Shown here: positions 34,013 through 43,164 of the stretch, in pieces | How positions within the stretch are numbered: the first letter of the stretch is position 1 | How the letters are laid out: each line of letters opens with the position of its first letter | Source: a virus | DNA length: 64,000 bases | Virus record (IMG/VR): IMGVR_UViG_3300043811_000226 | Direction: 5' to 3' (one strand) | Made by a program: the position numbers and the translations under genes | The notes under the pieces: generated by a model | Seen by the model: only the letters and a program-made list of their open reading frames with translations | What the model was told of the DNA's origin: nothing | Databases searched by the model: none

Positions 34013-34399
34013 CTACAGCTCCCCACGAATGGCGCGCACGAAGTCGCAGTTCGGCACGTCCTCGATGAAGTTGCTATCCACCATGCTACGCACAGCCTTC
34101 AGACGTCCGCTGCCACGTAGCTTGTTTAGTGTCGACGCTAGCCATTCGTCCTCTGCCCTCTCTCGGGCCTCCTGAGACAAACGCGCGTACCGGTACTGAG
34201 ACAGCAGGCGGAACGGCAGGCAGACCCAGGTGCGTAGAGCACGAAACACGCGCACGAAGAGTACAGGACGCCCAACGTAATGCCTGACATAGATGTAACG
34301 CACTTCGCATGGGCGCTGAAGCATAAGCAGCATCCACTCCCGCACGAACCCCAAGAAGCTCATCGAGCGCAACTGGTTCAAGCGTTCGTCGTCCATCAC
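34013..34399 (-). CDS. hypothetical protein
   Basis: coupled ORF. Confidence 0.5.
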   Translation of the reverse strand: MMDDERLNQLRSMSFLGFVREWMLLMLQRPCEVRYIYVRHYVGRPVLFVRVFRALRTWVCLPFRLLSQYRYARLSQEARERAEDEWLASTLNKLRGSGRLKAVRSMVDSNFIEDVPNCDFVRAIRGEL

Positions 34400-34725
34400 T
34401 TCTTCTCCAGCAGGTAAAGGATGTCGTCCTCGCGGATCATCCCGATGTCCTCCTCCAGCTGCTGCAAGACGCGCTGAATGGCTTTGCCTTGCTGGTGCTC
34501 GAGGTTCTCCCGAAAGAAGCAGACCCGGTCTCCTTGTTTGACGCCCATAGGGCGGCGAGCGTTCTTGCCGTAGAGCCAGCGGCCCGGACCGACACGGAGA
34601 ACCGTGCCCGTACGCTGCCTCTCGGCGCCGCTGCTGCTCTGAGGGAGGACAATGCCTCCTCGAGTCGTCTCAGGCAGCGGATCGAGGCTGACGACCAGCC
34701 AATCGAGAAGAGGCCTGACACGCAT
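34396..34725 (-). CDS. groES: co-chaperonin GroES (Cpn10) homologue
   Basis: VRPLLDWLVV, ETTRGGIVLP, GTVLRVGPG, VKQGDRV, IREDDIL. Confidence 0.88.
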   Translation of the reverse strand: MRVRPLLDWLVVSLDPLPETTRGGIVLPQSSSGAERQRTGTVLRVGPGRWLYGKNARRPMGVKQGDRVCFFRENLEHQQGKAIQRVLQQLEEDIGMIREDDILYLLEKK

Positions 34726-34726
34726 A

Positions 34727-35104
34727 TCAGCCTTTCGCAACGCCGGCGGCGGGAGTGGGTGTGTCCTCACCGAGGACGTCGACCGCATCCTCCTTCGGGA
34801 TGCTGGCCATGTTCTCGCCGGCGATGCGCTCCTCGAGCAGCTTCACCAGCCAGGAGTCGGCCGCGATCCTCTTCAAGGTGGCGGCGTAGTTCTCTCCGTT
34901 CGGGGCGCGGTGCCACACACCTCCGATGCGGTGCATGATCTCGATGTGCGTACGCCCATCGTCGTCGACCCACTCAACCGCGAACTCCTCGGACCGCGCG
35001 ATGTTGGTCACGCGGCGGCTACCACCAGCCATCGCACCACGCTGACCTGCCGACTGCCCCACGCCCGTAGGACGACCCGCTACTCCACCATCGTTTGCGA
35101 ACAT
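34727..35104 (-). CDS. hypothetical protein
   Basis: SD AAGGAGAG; GC3 bias. Confidence 0.6.
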   Translation of the reverse strand: MFANDGGVAGRPTGVGQSAGQRGAMAGGSRRVTNIARSEEFAVEWVDDDGRTHIEIMHRIGGVWHRAPNGENYAATLKRIAADSWLVKLLEERIAGENMASIPKEDAVDVLGEDTPTPAAGVAKG

Positions 35105-35838
35105 GACGTGCTCTCCTTCTCTTTCTTGTACTCGTCGTACTTCTTCTGGAGGCCTTCACGACTAATCCACGACCTGCCTCCATTCCAGGCGCGTGGGAAG
35201 TAGAACCTATCGAGCTTGGTTCGCTCGAGCAGGTATTCGGTGTCGATGTAACCGAGAGCCTGCTGGCACGTGACAGCGAAGCGCTCCTTGCACCTCTTCG
35301 GGCAGACGAAGATGGTCTTGAAGACCTGACCTGCGCGCTCAGGATCTGCGAGAAGACCGGGAGACGTGAACATCCCCCAGAAGCCGCAGCCAGGGCACTC
35401 GAGCTCGTGACCCCTGACGCGGAAGTAGACCACGTCACCGAACGAGTCAACGAGAGCCTCGTGTCCAACCTGGATGGGCGGCTGAATGCGCAGCTGCCGC
35501 TCTTCACGCACACGACGCACCGTGCTCGAAGGACTGTGGGTTGGGTACTCCATGGCCTGAATGGCCGCCACAGTGTCCTTGCGCAGCAGCTCCACAGTCT
35601 TGTCATCGAGCTTGTACGGCAAGAGGCCTTCTCGGTCCGTGCGTTGAAGTACTACGCCGACAGGCTGTTCTTCCGGGAAGCAGAGAAGAACCGAGGCGAG
35701 TTTTTGCATCATGCGCTTGAACTCGAGGTTCTCGAAGGTCCCTTCCTCGGTAACAAGGCCGTTCTCGTTGCTCTTGATGTCGCCTGTCGAGCGGTCTTCG
35801 GGCGTGCGTCTGTAGGAAAGCGTTACTTCCACGCTCAT
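35080..35838 (-). CDS. hypothetical protein with C-terminal Zn finger
   Basis: LECPGCG...VCPKRC. Confidence 0.6.
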   Translation of the reverse strand: MSVEVTLSYRRTPEDRSTGDIKSNENGLVTEEGTFENLEFKRMMQKLASVLLCFPEEQPVGVVLQRTDREGLLPYKLDDKTVELLRKDTVAAIQAMEYPTHSPSSTVRRVREERQLRIQPPIQVGHEALVDSFGDVVYFRVRGHELECPGCGFWGMFTSPGLLADPERAGQVFKTIFVCPKRCKERFAVTCQQALGYIDTEYLLERTKLDRFYFPRAWNGGRSWISREGLQKKYDEYKKEKESTSCSQTMVE

Positions 35839-36329
35839 GAAGTCTTCTCCAGCTGCTTGCCTGCGTACGAGACGGGACGGGTGATGCGGTAGATGACCGC
35901 CCCCTGAGCTCCAGCACCGAAGTACACCCTGGTACCATCCCAGAGCTCGAGGGCGTCGATGATGGTGCGCTCCGCCCCCCGAACATCTGTTCCGATGATT
36001 CGGCGTACCGGCTGTTCTTTGAGCAGTGCCTGCACGGTATCGAGAGAGCAGTGGTGCTCGTCAGGAAAGCCGAGGCCGTTGAAGGCGGCGAAGGCCTCCT
36101 TCGGGGTTGCCTCCTGTACGGTCATGAGCGAGAGAACCTCCGCGTCAACCTCCCGCTCTTTCAGGCCACGGGCCGGCTTGCTGCAGAGCGGGCACAGATA
36201 CTTGTCCGGCCAGAACTCACTGCGGGTGCCGACGAGCTGGTCAAGCTCGCGCACGCTCTCCATCGAGGCGACGCTTTCAGGCATCACCCGGATGGCAGAC
36301 TTGCATGGTAGGCAGACGACGACGATCAT
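35835..36329 (-). CDS. hypothetical protein with Zn finger
   Basis: VCLPC...LCPLC. Confidence 0.6.
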   Translation of the reverse strand: MIVVVCLPCKSAIRVMPESVASMESVRELDQLVGTRSEFWPDKYLCPLCSKPARGLKEREVDAEVLSLMTVQEATPKEAFAAFNGLGFPDEHHCSLDTVQALLKEQPVRRIIGTDVRGAERTIIDALELWDGTRVYFGAGAQGAVIYRITRPVSYAGKQLEKTS

Positions 36330-36937
36330 ACCGAGCCCACCCCGTCCTCGTCAGGGTCCCGCCCACCTGTGAACGTAGAAGCGTCGACGCCGGCGTTGGG
36401 CACAACGGGGTAGCCCTTCTCCGCTGCAGGCACAGTGCGCGATGGCACGACAAGCTTGCCGTTGACCACGCGCTTGTTGTTCCTGCGCGTCGTGACCTTG
36501 ACTGCAGGTGCTGTTTCCGCCGCAACAACCGTGGGGCTGCCTTCTTTGAGCAGGAGCTGCTCTTCTTCTGACATAGCGGAATTGTCAGACGGAGCGTCCT
36601 GCCCACCAAAGACGTGGGTGGGAGTCCCGTCCTCTGACACCACATCTTCCACGACAGCAGGAGCGGGCGCGATTTCTTCAGGCTCGACTGAGTCTTCTGG
36701 TACCGGTGCTGGCGTCGGAGCCGAGGCTGCCTTGCGAACAGCGGGCGGAACACGAACGGCTGACTTGGGCTGCCCCTTCACCTGAACGTGCTGCTCCATG
36801 ACTGTCGCCGCGGCCTCGTCATCCACGGCCACACGCAGGGAGCTGCCATTCGGCAGGACCAGGGTGAGGTAGGTCACCGTGGTGTTCTGCTCGAAGTCGA
36901 GCTCCTGTGCGATGCCCGTGATGGTGCAGTCAATCAT
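36326..36937 (-). CDS. hypothetical protein
   Basis: coupled ORF; acidic Pro/Ala-rich middle. Confidence 0.6.
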   Translation of the reverse strand: MIDCTITGIAQELDFEQNTTVTYLTLVLPNGSSLRVAVDDEAAATVMEQHVQVKGQPKSAVRVPPAVRKAASAPTPAPVPEDSVEPEEIAPAPAVVEDVVSEDGTPTHVFGGQDAPSDNSAMSEEEQLLLKEGSPTVVAAETAPAVKVTTRRNNKRVVNGKLVVPSRTVPAAEKGYPVVPNAGVDASTFTGGRDPDEDGVGSV

Positions 36938-37233
36938 CCGCCGCCCTTGGGAGAAGGAGGAGGCGTCTGGGTGGTGCGCGAACGGTCGGCAGCCTCGGTC
37001 TTCGCCCTACGGACGATCTCCGTGCCCATTTGGGCCAGGACGATGAGGTGCTTGCCTCCGCGGTGCGCGTTGACGAGCAGCATGCAATTGGCCCACTGCT
37101 TGTCCTTGTAGTCGGCGCCTTCTGGCACAGCGTCGAAGGCCATGCAGTCTGCTCCGCACGGGCGCTCCATGTTCAGAAAGCACATGAGGCCGTTCGGCTG
37201 CGTAGGTTCACCCTGGTTGTGCTGCTGCGTCAC
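36934..37233 (-). CDS. small Cys-containing hypothetical protein
   Basis: GTG 37233 after GGAG; MCFLNMERPCGADCMAF...WANC. Confidence 0.55.
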   Translation of the reverse strand: MTQQHNQGEPTQPNGLMCFLNMERPCGADCMAFDAVPEGADYKDKQWANCMLLVNAHRGGKHLIVLAQMGTEIVRRAKTEAADRSRTTQTPPPSPKGGG

Positions 37234-37657
37234 CGTGCTTCTCCTTCTCGATGGCTGCGCGTGTATCGGCAATGCTCTGGACGATGGCCTTGGCCGCTTC
37301 TCCGACGTAGCGAGCCAGGACTTTGCCGAAAGCCGCGGCCGTGCGTGGGTCGGGCTGATCGAGGAAGCCCCACTTGATGAGCAGAAAGCCGATAGCAGTA
37401 GCGAACTGCTGCTGGGCGATGAGCTTTCGCACGTCGATGAAGAACCGCTGAAAGACTTCTTCAGGGGTGCCTCCGTCGTGAGAGAAGCGGAAGGTTGGCA
37501 GGTCCTCCACCCTGCCTGACCAACTGCAGATGTTGCAGCGAGCGTCCCCGCCGGAGAGGGACGATGCAGTAACGTCGGCCCCTCCGCAGGAAGGACAGAA
37601 CCAGGCCTGTGCATTCGGCTGCTGGTTCGGGTTTCCGTTGCTGTTGTCGGGCTTCAT
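37208..37657 (-). CDS. hypothetical protein with Zn ribbon
   Basis: FCPSCGG...CNICSW. Confidence 0.6.
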   Translation of the reverse strand: MKPDNSNGNPNQQPNAQAWFCPSCGGADVTASSLSGGDARCNICSWSGRVEDLPTFRFSHDGGTPEEVFQRFFIDVRKLIAQQQFATAIGFLLIKWGFLDQPDPRTAAAFGKVLARYVGEAAKAIVQSIADTRAAIEKEKHGDAAAQPG

Positions 37658-38103
37658 ACCGGCACGATCCTTCCGAGCTTCGAGTAGAGCTTGTTGCTCG
37701 CGGCTCTAGACGCTGCTGTTGCCGGCTTGCTGTCCCGGTTCACTGTGACCGTACGCGTCCGGCTACGCATCTTGGTTTCCTGCCATAGAGGCCTGATGCT
37801 CAAGCCACCCTTCTTCACTTCGTCGAGCAGGATGCGAACGTGGTCGCTCCTGTCGCGTTGCTTCTGCGTCTCGAGCCAGGGGAAGGCGACCTTCATGTAG
37901 TCGTCGAAGACTTCCTTGCCCTTGTCCTTGCTGATGATGGCCTGCGCGAGTGCACGGAGTCGTGCGTGCTCTATCTGCTCCTTCTTGAGCACGTACAACA
38001 TGAGGATGGACTCCCGAGGCGACCCCTTTGGGGGCGGCTCGCGCAGGGACGCGAACAACAGGGTTGCTCGTGCCCAGCCCTCGGGGGTCTCTAGCCATTT
38101 CCC
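37654..38103 (-). CDS. T segment of tail assembly chaperone (reached by -1 frameshift)
   Basis: -1 frame open from the slippery site: GKWLETPEGWARATLLFASLRE...; no strong SD for an independent start. Confidence 0.75.
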   Translation of the reverse strand, partial: GKWLETPEGWARATLLFASLREPPPKGSPRESILMLYVLKKEQIEHARLRALAQAIISKDKGKEVFDDYMKVAFPWLETQKQRDRSDHVRILLDEVKKGGLSIRPLWQETKMRSRTRTVTVNRDSKPATAASRAASNKLYSKLGRIVPV

Positions 38104-39320
38104 AGCTTCTCCGCGACGAAGAGCTTGCGCACCCGGATGTCGAACCAGAAGTAGTTCACTCCGAGCGACGCGAGCATGTGGAAAGGGAACCGCGTGACGT
38201 GGTTGAACTTCTTCCAGAAGGCGGCCTCGTCGAAGTTGCCCTCCGCGTCTCGATGGGTCGGAAGCACGTTGCCGTTGATGGCGCGCAAACCAATGGTCAC
38301 GCTCATCATGGAGAACTTGTCGAGCAGATAGCGCTCGGTGATCTCGATGCCCTTACTCTCCTCCATGATGAGGCGTTTGATGGCGAGGTCCTCTGTACCC
38401 TGCATCGACTCGAACTCTGGCTCGAATTTGCCAGGGACGATGGGGACCCTCTGCGTAACGAAGCCGCGCATAACGAGGTCTGTGACATCAAGCGGCTTGA
38501 GGCGCGCCTCGATGATGTCGCGCTGCTCCTCGTTGTTGATGATGTCCTTCATCATCATCTCGCGGAAGGTGTTGAAGTCGAAGTCGTCGAGCTTCTTCAC
38601 GGCTTCCTTGATCGTCGACGACGTCACGCTCGGGTCAGCCTGAGGACCGTCGGTCGGTGAGTTCCCCAAGCGCCCCGCCGCACCGGCGACGCCTGCCGCT
38701 GCCTCCTGCTCAACAGCCGCGGTCTCGCTCTCGGCCCCCTGCCTCTTCTTCTGCAAGTCGTTGATGGTCTGCAGGTCGGCAAGGGCCTTGGCCCCCAGAC
38801 CTTTGCGCGCCGTGCCAAGAGCCTGGGGAGCGACACGCTGACCGTTACGCACGACGCCGTACTTCAATGCCAACGCCGGCTGGGAGCTGGCGTACATGCT
38901 CCCCTGCCCTTCCTTGAAGTCGGGGTCGCTCCTCGCCTCGTTGGGCAAGATGTCGCCCGGCAGAATGCCGATGGGAGGAGGACCTGAACGCGCGGCTGAG
39001 GGAGCCGCTGCTGTTATCGGCGGGGCGGGGTCTTGAAAGAGCCCTGTCCTCGGTGGCTGCGCGCCCGCTCGCTGCACGTTGGCCTGATCGGCCATGGTGC
39101 TGCCGTCAGTCGCAGGCATGTCGAGGCGAGGGATGGGAGGCGCCTGGCCTCCGGCCACGGGCGTCGTGTACTTCGGCGGCCCTCGACGGGCGGCGACTTC
39201 GGCCGCGTACCTCACGGCCGCAGGGTCGGTAACACCAGGAGAAACAACAGGGGTACCGAACACCACAGGGTTGTTCACGTCCTTGTTGACCGCCTCAGTC
39301 GACTCAGGGTTGCGCCTCAT
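38091..39320 (-). CDS. tail assembly chaperone G
   Basis: ATG 39320 after GAAAGGAG; ends KLGNG* over G-GGA-AAT; low-complexity N-half, folded C-half. Confidence 0.7.
   Translation of the reverse strand: MRRNPESTEAVNKDVNNPVVFGTPVVSPGVTDPAAVRYAAEVAARRGPPKYTTPVAGGQAPPIPRLDMPATDGSTMADQANVQRAGAQPPRTGLFQDPAPPITAAAPSAARSGPPPIGILPGDILPNEARSDPDFKEGQGSMYASSQPALALKYGVVRNGQRVAPQALGTARKGLGAKALADLQTINDLQKKRQGAESETAAVEQEAAAGVAGAAGRLGNSPTDGPQADPSVTSSTIKEAVKKLDDFDFNTFREMMMKDIINNEEQRDIIEARLKPLDVTDLVMRGFVTQRVPIVPGKFEPEFESMQGTEDLAIKRLIMEESKGIEITERYLLDKFSMMSVTIGLRAINGNVLPTHRDAEGNFDEAAFWKKFNHVTRFPFHMLASLGVNYFWFDIRVRKLFVAEKLGNG
38097..38103 (-). other. -1 programmed ribosomal frameshift slippery heptamer GGGAAAT
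   Basis: X-XXY-YYZ phasing G-GGA-AAT, one codon before TAG. Confidence 0.8.
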
Positions 39321-39361
39321 GGGCTCCTTTCTGCCAGCACGATGTGAGTACAACGAGTAGC

Positions 39362-39395
39362 TAAAGAGAAAGGCGTCGTCAATGAAGACGACGCC
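39362..39395 (-). terminator. intrinsic terminator
   Basis: GGCGTCGTC-TTCATT-GACGACGCC then TTTCTCTTT. Confidence 0.75.
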
Positions 39396-39401
39396 CGGGG
39401 T

Positions 39402-39878
39402 TCACTGCACAGCGCGAAGAAGTACGGCGCGGACCTCATCGTCAGGCATGCCTCCCGGCACGAGACTGACGCGTGCCAGGACCATGTCCTGAAGGCGAAG
39501 GGGCGGGCTGCTAGGCCGAGAGAAGGTGCCTTTGAGCAGCAGGAAGGGACCGCGCACACGCAAGTCGCCCTCTTTGTGTGGAACCACGAAGCTCACGTCG
39601 GGAGGGAACAGGTCCGAGAGTTTCATACCCTGCGCGACGAGAAGGGCAGCCGTTTGAGAGAAGACGAACGAGGGGGAAGTGACCTTCTCCCATTCGACTC
39701 CGCCGTTACGGCAAGGCCTCTCCCACGAGAACGTGGTGCAGTAGCCGATGGACCCTGACCAGCCGCCTCCTACGAGCTCTACTCGGTCGGAACCTTGGTC
39801 CACCCGACAGGTCCACGCGGTTTCGGCGGCGGCGGGACCCTCACGACCTTCATCAGATGTCTCTTGCATACAGGGCAC
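39402..39878 (-). CDS. hypothetical protein (start uncertain)
   Basis: coding-like codon use from about 39790 down to the stop. Confidence 0.45.
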   Translation of the reverse strand: MPCMQETSDEGREGPAAAETAWTCRVDQGSDRVELVGGGWSGSIGYCTTFSWERPCRNGGVEWEKVTSPSFVFSQTAALLVAQGMKLSDLFPPDVSFVVPHKEGDLRVRGPFLLLKGTFSRPSSPPLRLQDMVLARVSLVPGGMPDDEVRAVLLRAVQ

Positions 39879-40033
39879 CTTCCGACGTCATGGTGCGTCG
39901 AGTCGAACGGGATGATCATTCCAAGCGTCCAGCCGGCGCTCATCGCCTGCTCGATCTCGGCCTTGCCGTGGCACCCAGGGTGCGTGCATTCCAGTCTGTA
40001 CGCGAAGAACAGCGGGTTGACCATCTTGGGCAC
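39779..40033 (-). CDS. small Cys/His-rich protein
   Basis: CTHPGC...CPVC; SD GAGGA. Confidence 0.6.
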   Translation of the reverse strand: MPKMVNPLFFAYRLECTHPGCHGKAEIEQAMSAGWTLGMIIPFDSTHHDVGRCPVCKRHLMKVVRVPPPPKPRGPVGWTKVPTE

Positions 40034-40445
40034 GGTAGGTCCTCACTTGCTCGCGCACGGCGTTGAAGTACTCGGCGCTGCCTGGATTGTACGCCCGGAG
40101 CCAGCCGAGGTCCTCACAGTCACTTGAGCAAGCCGCCCGGATGCGGTTCAGGAACCAGCCCATTCGCTGGATGTTGGTGTGCCCCTGCCTGAGCGGACGA
40201 ATTTCACGTGTGCTGTGCGCGTTGATCTGCCCAAGGCCCACCGAGTAGCTGCCGTCCTTCTCGTGGCGTACGAGTCCAGGCACCCACAAGGTCTCGCGGT
40301 CGATGATGGCCACGAAGATCCACGGGTCGAGGTTGTAGTGCTTGGACTCAGTCAGAATCCACGTCGCGTACCTCTTCGCCCTCGTCTGAGGTACGGTCGG
40401 GTTGGTGTGTCGGATCGCCAGGGCCAGTACCACTTCTGCGAGCAT
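39888..40445 (-). CDS. lytic transglycosylase (SLT-like)
   Basis: LDPWIFVAIIDRET (catalytic Glu), SVGLGQIN, LRAYNPG. Confidence 0.8.
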   Translation of the reverse strand: MLAEVVLALAIRHTNPTVPQTRAKRYATWILTESKHYNLDPWIFVAIIDRETLWVPGLVRHEKDGSYSVGLGQINAHSTREIRPLRQGHTNIQRMGWFLNRIRAACSSDCEDLGWLRAYNPGSAEYFNAVREQVRTYRAQDGQPAVLRVQTGMHAPWVPRQGRDRAGDERRLDAWNDHPVRLDAP

Positions 40446-40755
40446 CCAGCTTCTCCTTGAGCGTGAGGATCTGTTCGAGGACCTCCTTCTTCGAGAGGTC
40501 GCGTAGGGGCGGGTTCGACCCAAGCCGGAGCTCCCCTCGCACGAGGGCCTGCTTGAGGGCCTCCTCGAGCATGGCCAGAAGGTCGAGCAGGTCGGCGCGG
40601 GCTCGGTTGCGAAAGAGCTCCACCAAGTCGAAACACTCAGGGCATACGAAGACGCTGGCTTGCCCGCCAGGGCGGGAAGGCAGGTCGTTGCTGCCACCGA
40701 AAAACTTTGCCACCGCCGGATCGACCGGACGGTGGCAGTTCATGCACGGCATCAT
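40348..40755 (-). CDS. Zn-finger hypothetical protein
   Basis: CMNC...CPEC. Confidence 0.55.
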   Translation of the reverse strand: MMPCMNCHRPVDPAVAKFFGGSNDLPSRPGGQASVFVCPECFDLVELFRNRARADLLDLLAMLEEALKQALVRGELRLGSNPPLRDLSKKEVLEQILTLKEKLDARRSGTGPGDPTHQPDRTSDEGEEVRDVDSD

Positions 40756-40760
40756 GCGCG

Positions 40761-41300
40761 CTACGACGTCTCACTGCTGTCGTCGGTGCCTGTCCTCGAC
40801 GGGAGCACACGAATGGGCGCCGTCATCTTGCGCGTCGCGCGCTTCTGACTGTCAGTCAGACTCTCGCCTACCAAGCGAAGCAGTGCCTCCTGCTCGAAGC
40901 CCGCGGCGTCTGCAGCGATCTTCATGTTGAGCGCGGAGTAGTCCGAGCGCACACGGAAGATGAACTGATCCATCGCCGCGTCAGCAACGTGGGCGTGCGC
41001 TTGGCAGAAGACCGGAGGCTGCATCATGTCGACCTCCCGACGGTAGCTCGGAGGGGCGGCGAAGTAGTTGCGCAGCCAGTTCCAACCGCCGCGGTCTCTC
41101 TTGAGCACCGGCGCCGGGAAGCGTGCGACCTCGCCACAGACGCACTTCGGGGAGGACTCGTACTCGGCGCGGGCTCGGTCCTCGGCCTGCAGCAGCTCGA
41201 TCTGGATTGGGTTTCGTAGCCGCTTCATAAGGACGGCGAGGAAGGCGAGGATGCCACCTATGATGAGGAACCCGGGTCCGTAGTTCTGCCAGAAATCCAT
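40761..41300 (-). CDS. membrane-anchored hypothetical protein
   Basis: N-terminal TM GFLIIGGILAFLAVLM; CVC and CQAH. Confidence 0.65.
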   Translation of the reverse strand: MDFWQNYGPGFLIIGGILAFLAVLMKRLRNPIQIELLQAEDRARAEYESSPKCVCGEVARFPAPVLKRDRGGWNWLRNYFAAPPSYRREVDMMQPPVFCQAHAHVADAAMDQFIFRVRSDYSALNMKIAADAAGFEQEALLRLVGESLTDSQKRATRKMTAPIRVLPSRTGTDDSSETS

Positions 41301-41671
41301 GATGCGACGTCTCCTTGTTCTGTTTCAGGCGGTGGGAGGGTTGAGAGTAGAGCGGCCCGGTCTCGACGCAAGGCTTCTTCTACTTCCACCTTCTCGATCA
41401 GCACCTGCAGGCTGTGCAGGTGCTCGTAGAGAGAAGAGCGTAGGTACTCGGTGTTTTGCGTGAGCCGGTCGAGAGCCCGGCGCCCGTGCTGCTCTGCGCG
41501 CTTCAAGTCGAGCAGCACGTAGAACTGGCCGTCGTCGAGAAGCTGCTTGATGGCAGCGCCGTCCTGCTGCGTGAGCAGAGGGGAGCGCGGCAACCAGTCT
41601 AGAAACGGCGTGTCCACGAACGTGCATAGACGAATGATCTTCTCCGCCTCTTCGAGCTGCTCGAGTCTCAT
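41258..41671 (-). CDS. hypothetical protein
   Basis: coupled ORF. Confidence 0.55.
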   Translation of the reverse strand: MRLEQLEEAEKIIRLCTFVDTPFLDWLPRSPLLTQQDGAAIKQLLDDGQFYVLLDLKRAEQHGRRALDRLTQNTEYLRSSLYEHLHSLQVLIEKVEVEEALRRDRAALLSTLPPPETEQGDVASWISGRTTDPGSSS

Positions 41672-42063
41672 GGCTGAACGAAGAAATCATTTACTTTGGT
41701 CCACCCCAAGAGAGCCGCCGGGTCCGGGGTCACCATGACGTTGACCGCGTTCGACGTCTTCTGCACCACGATGGCCATGACATCGGACTGCGTGATGGGT
41801 CTCGAGAGGAACTGGATGAAGTACTGCAGGTTCGGCGGCCAGGTCTTCGGAAAGTTGGTGCCTGGCGGCAGGGGAGCAGTAGGGTCCTGCCACCGTACCC
41901 AGAGCGAGTAGCGAGTGATGCCGTTGGACGACTCGATGTCCTTCAGGGCGGCGTCCAAAGCCAGCGCCCTGTTCTGATCGATGTTCCCGTCAGGGCACCG
42001 CGTCCCGCGCTGCGCGAACGCCAGCAGCGCCTCGTACTGCTCCTGCGAAATAGTGAGGTTCAT
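41668..42063 (-). CDS. hypothetical protein
   Basis: ATG 42063; strong GC3 bias. Confidence 0.6.
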   Translation of the reverse strand: MNLTISQEQYEALLAFAQRGTRCPDGNIDQNRALALDAALKDIESSNGITRYSLWVRWQDPTAPLPPGTNFPKTWPPNLQYFIQFLSRPITQSDVMAIVVQKTSNAVNVMVTPDPAALLGWTKVNDFFVQP

Positions 42064-42076
42064 AGACCGAAGAGTA

Positions 42077-42841
42077 CTACTTGTCGCGCACCCAGGCCAA
42101 AGCAGTAGCTGTGAAGCGCTCCAGCTCATCGAGGGTGCCGTCGTTATTGATCGTGAAGCTGAAGTAGTCCTCGGGGATGGTGCTGAACTCGGTCTCGCTG
42201 AGATGCTTCGCAGCCGCGCCTTCGAGCGTCGTAGGACGCTTCATGAGAAAGACCGCACCGCCAGCGGCATTGATGGCCCGGACCTCGTTCTTGAAGCGAA
42301 CGTCGGAGATGACGACACCCTTGGGTTTCTGCAGCCCTCCCACGAACAGTAGTCCTGACTTCTGCGAGTAGTAGTTCACACCGTTAGGGTCATCCCGATC
42401 ATCTGCCAGGAGCCTGGTGGCCGTACGCAGAGCGTAGTCGACCCACACGTCCGGGTAGCAATCACGCCCCCACTCCGTACCGAGGCGCTGGAGCGCGTAA
42501 CGCGTCGTGAGCACGCAGTCCGTGTGCTCTTGGCTTCCTTTGATCACGTGCTGGCCGTCCTTCACGTAGATCTCTCTCGACCAGCAACCGCAGCGCTGAC
42601 AGATCGACATCCCTGAGATGATGGGACCCCACACGTGCGGGATGTTCTTGAAGCGCTCGTCCACGGCGTTGCGCTTCTCGCTCGGTCCCCATAGCTGTTC
42701 GTCAGTGAAGGCGAAGACGTCCTTGCAGATGCGCTTCAAGGGGTCTGCGAACGCCACCTTCGCAAAGCCATGGTTCTTGACGAGGAAGTCCGCCGCTGTG
42801 TCCTTGCCGCTGCCTGCCGGCCCGCACAGTCCAATGATCAT
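42077..42841 (-). CDS. deoxynucleoside monophosphate kinase (T4 gp1-like)
   Basis: MIIGLCGPAGSGKDT P-loop; FADPLK; LQRLGTEWGR; VVISDVRFKNE; HLSE. Confidence 0.92.
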   Translation of the reverse strand: MIIGLCGPAGSGKDTAADFLVKNHGFAKVAFADPLKRICKDVFAFTDEQLWGPSEKRNAVDERFKNIPHVWGPIISGMSICQRCGCWSREIYVKDGQHVIKGSQEHTDCVLTTRYALQRLGTEWGRDCYPDVWVDYALRTATRLLADDRDDPNGVNYYSQKSGLLFVGGLQKPKGVVISDVRFKNEVRAINAAGGAVFLMKRPTTLEGAAAKHLSETEFSTIPEDYFSFTINNDGTLDELERFTATALAWVRDK

Positions 42842-43164
42842 GTCTTCTTCTCCTTGAGTTCTTTCGCCCTCGCTTCCGGCATCGTCCAGCCGGCATCGAG
42901 GGCCTTCTTCTCCCAGGGCGCGAGTCCCTTGGGTTTCACAGGGAACTCCCCAGACCAGCGACAGTGGTAACACACAGCCTCGAGGCAAACGTTGTCGAAC
43001 GCCTGCCCGTGATCCTCGGTGCCTTCATCTTCGCACTCGCAGATAAACCCCAGGCACCCGCCACGCCGGTTGTGCAAGCTAGCGCACTTGTCTTCACCTC
43101 CTTTGCCGTGCTTGCTCGGCTCGGCCCCGCACTTCGGGCACGCCCACTTGATCTGTACGGTCAT
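42838..43164 (-). CDS. Cys-rich small protein
   Basis: CPKC, CLGFICEC, CLEAVCYHC. Confidence 0.6.
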   Translation of the reverse strand: MTVQIKWACPKCGAEPSKHGKGGEDKCASLHNRRGGCLGFICECEDEGTEDHGQAFDNVCLEAVCYHCRWSGEFPVKPKGLAPWEKKALDAGWTMPEARAKELKEKKT

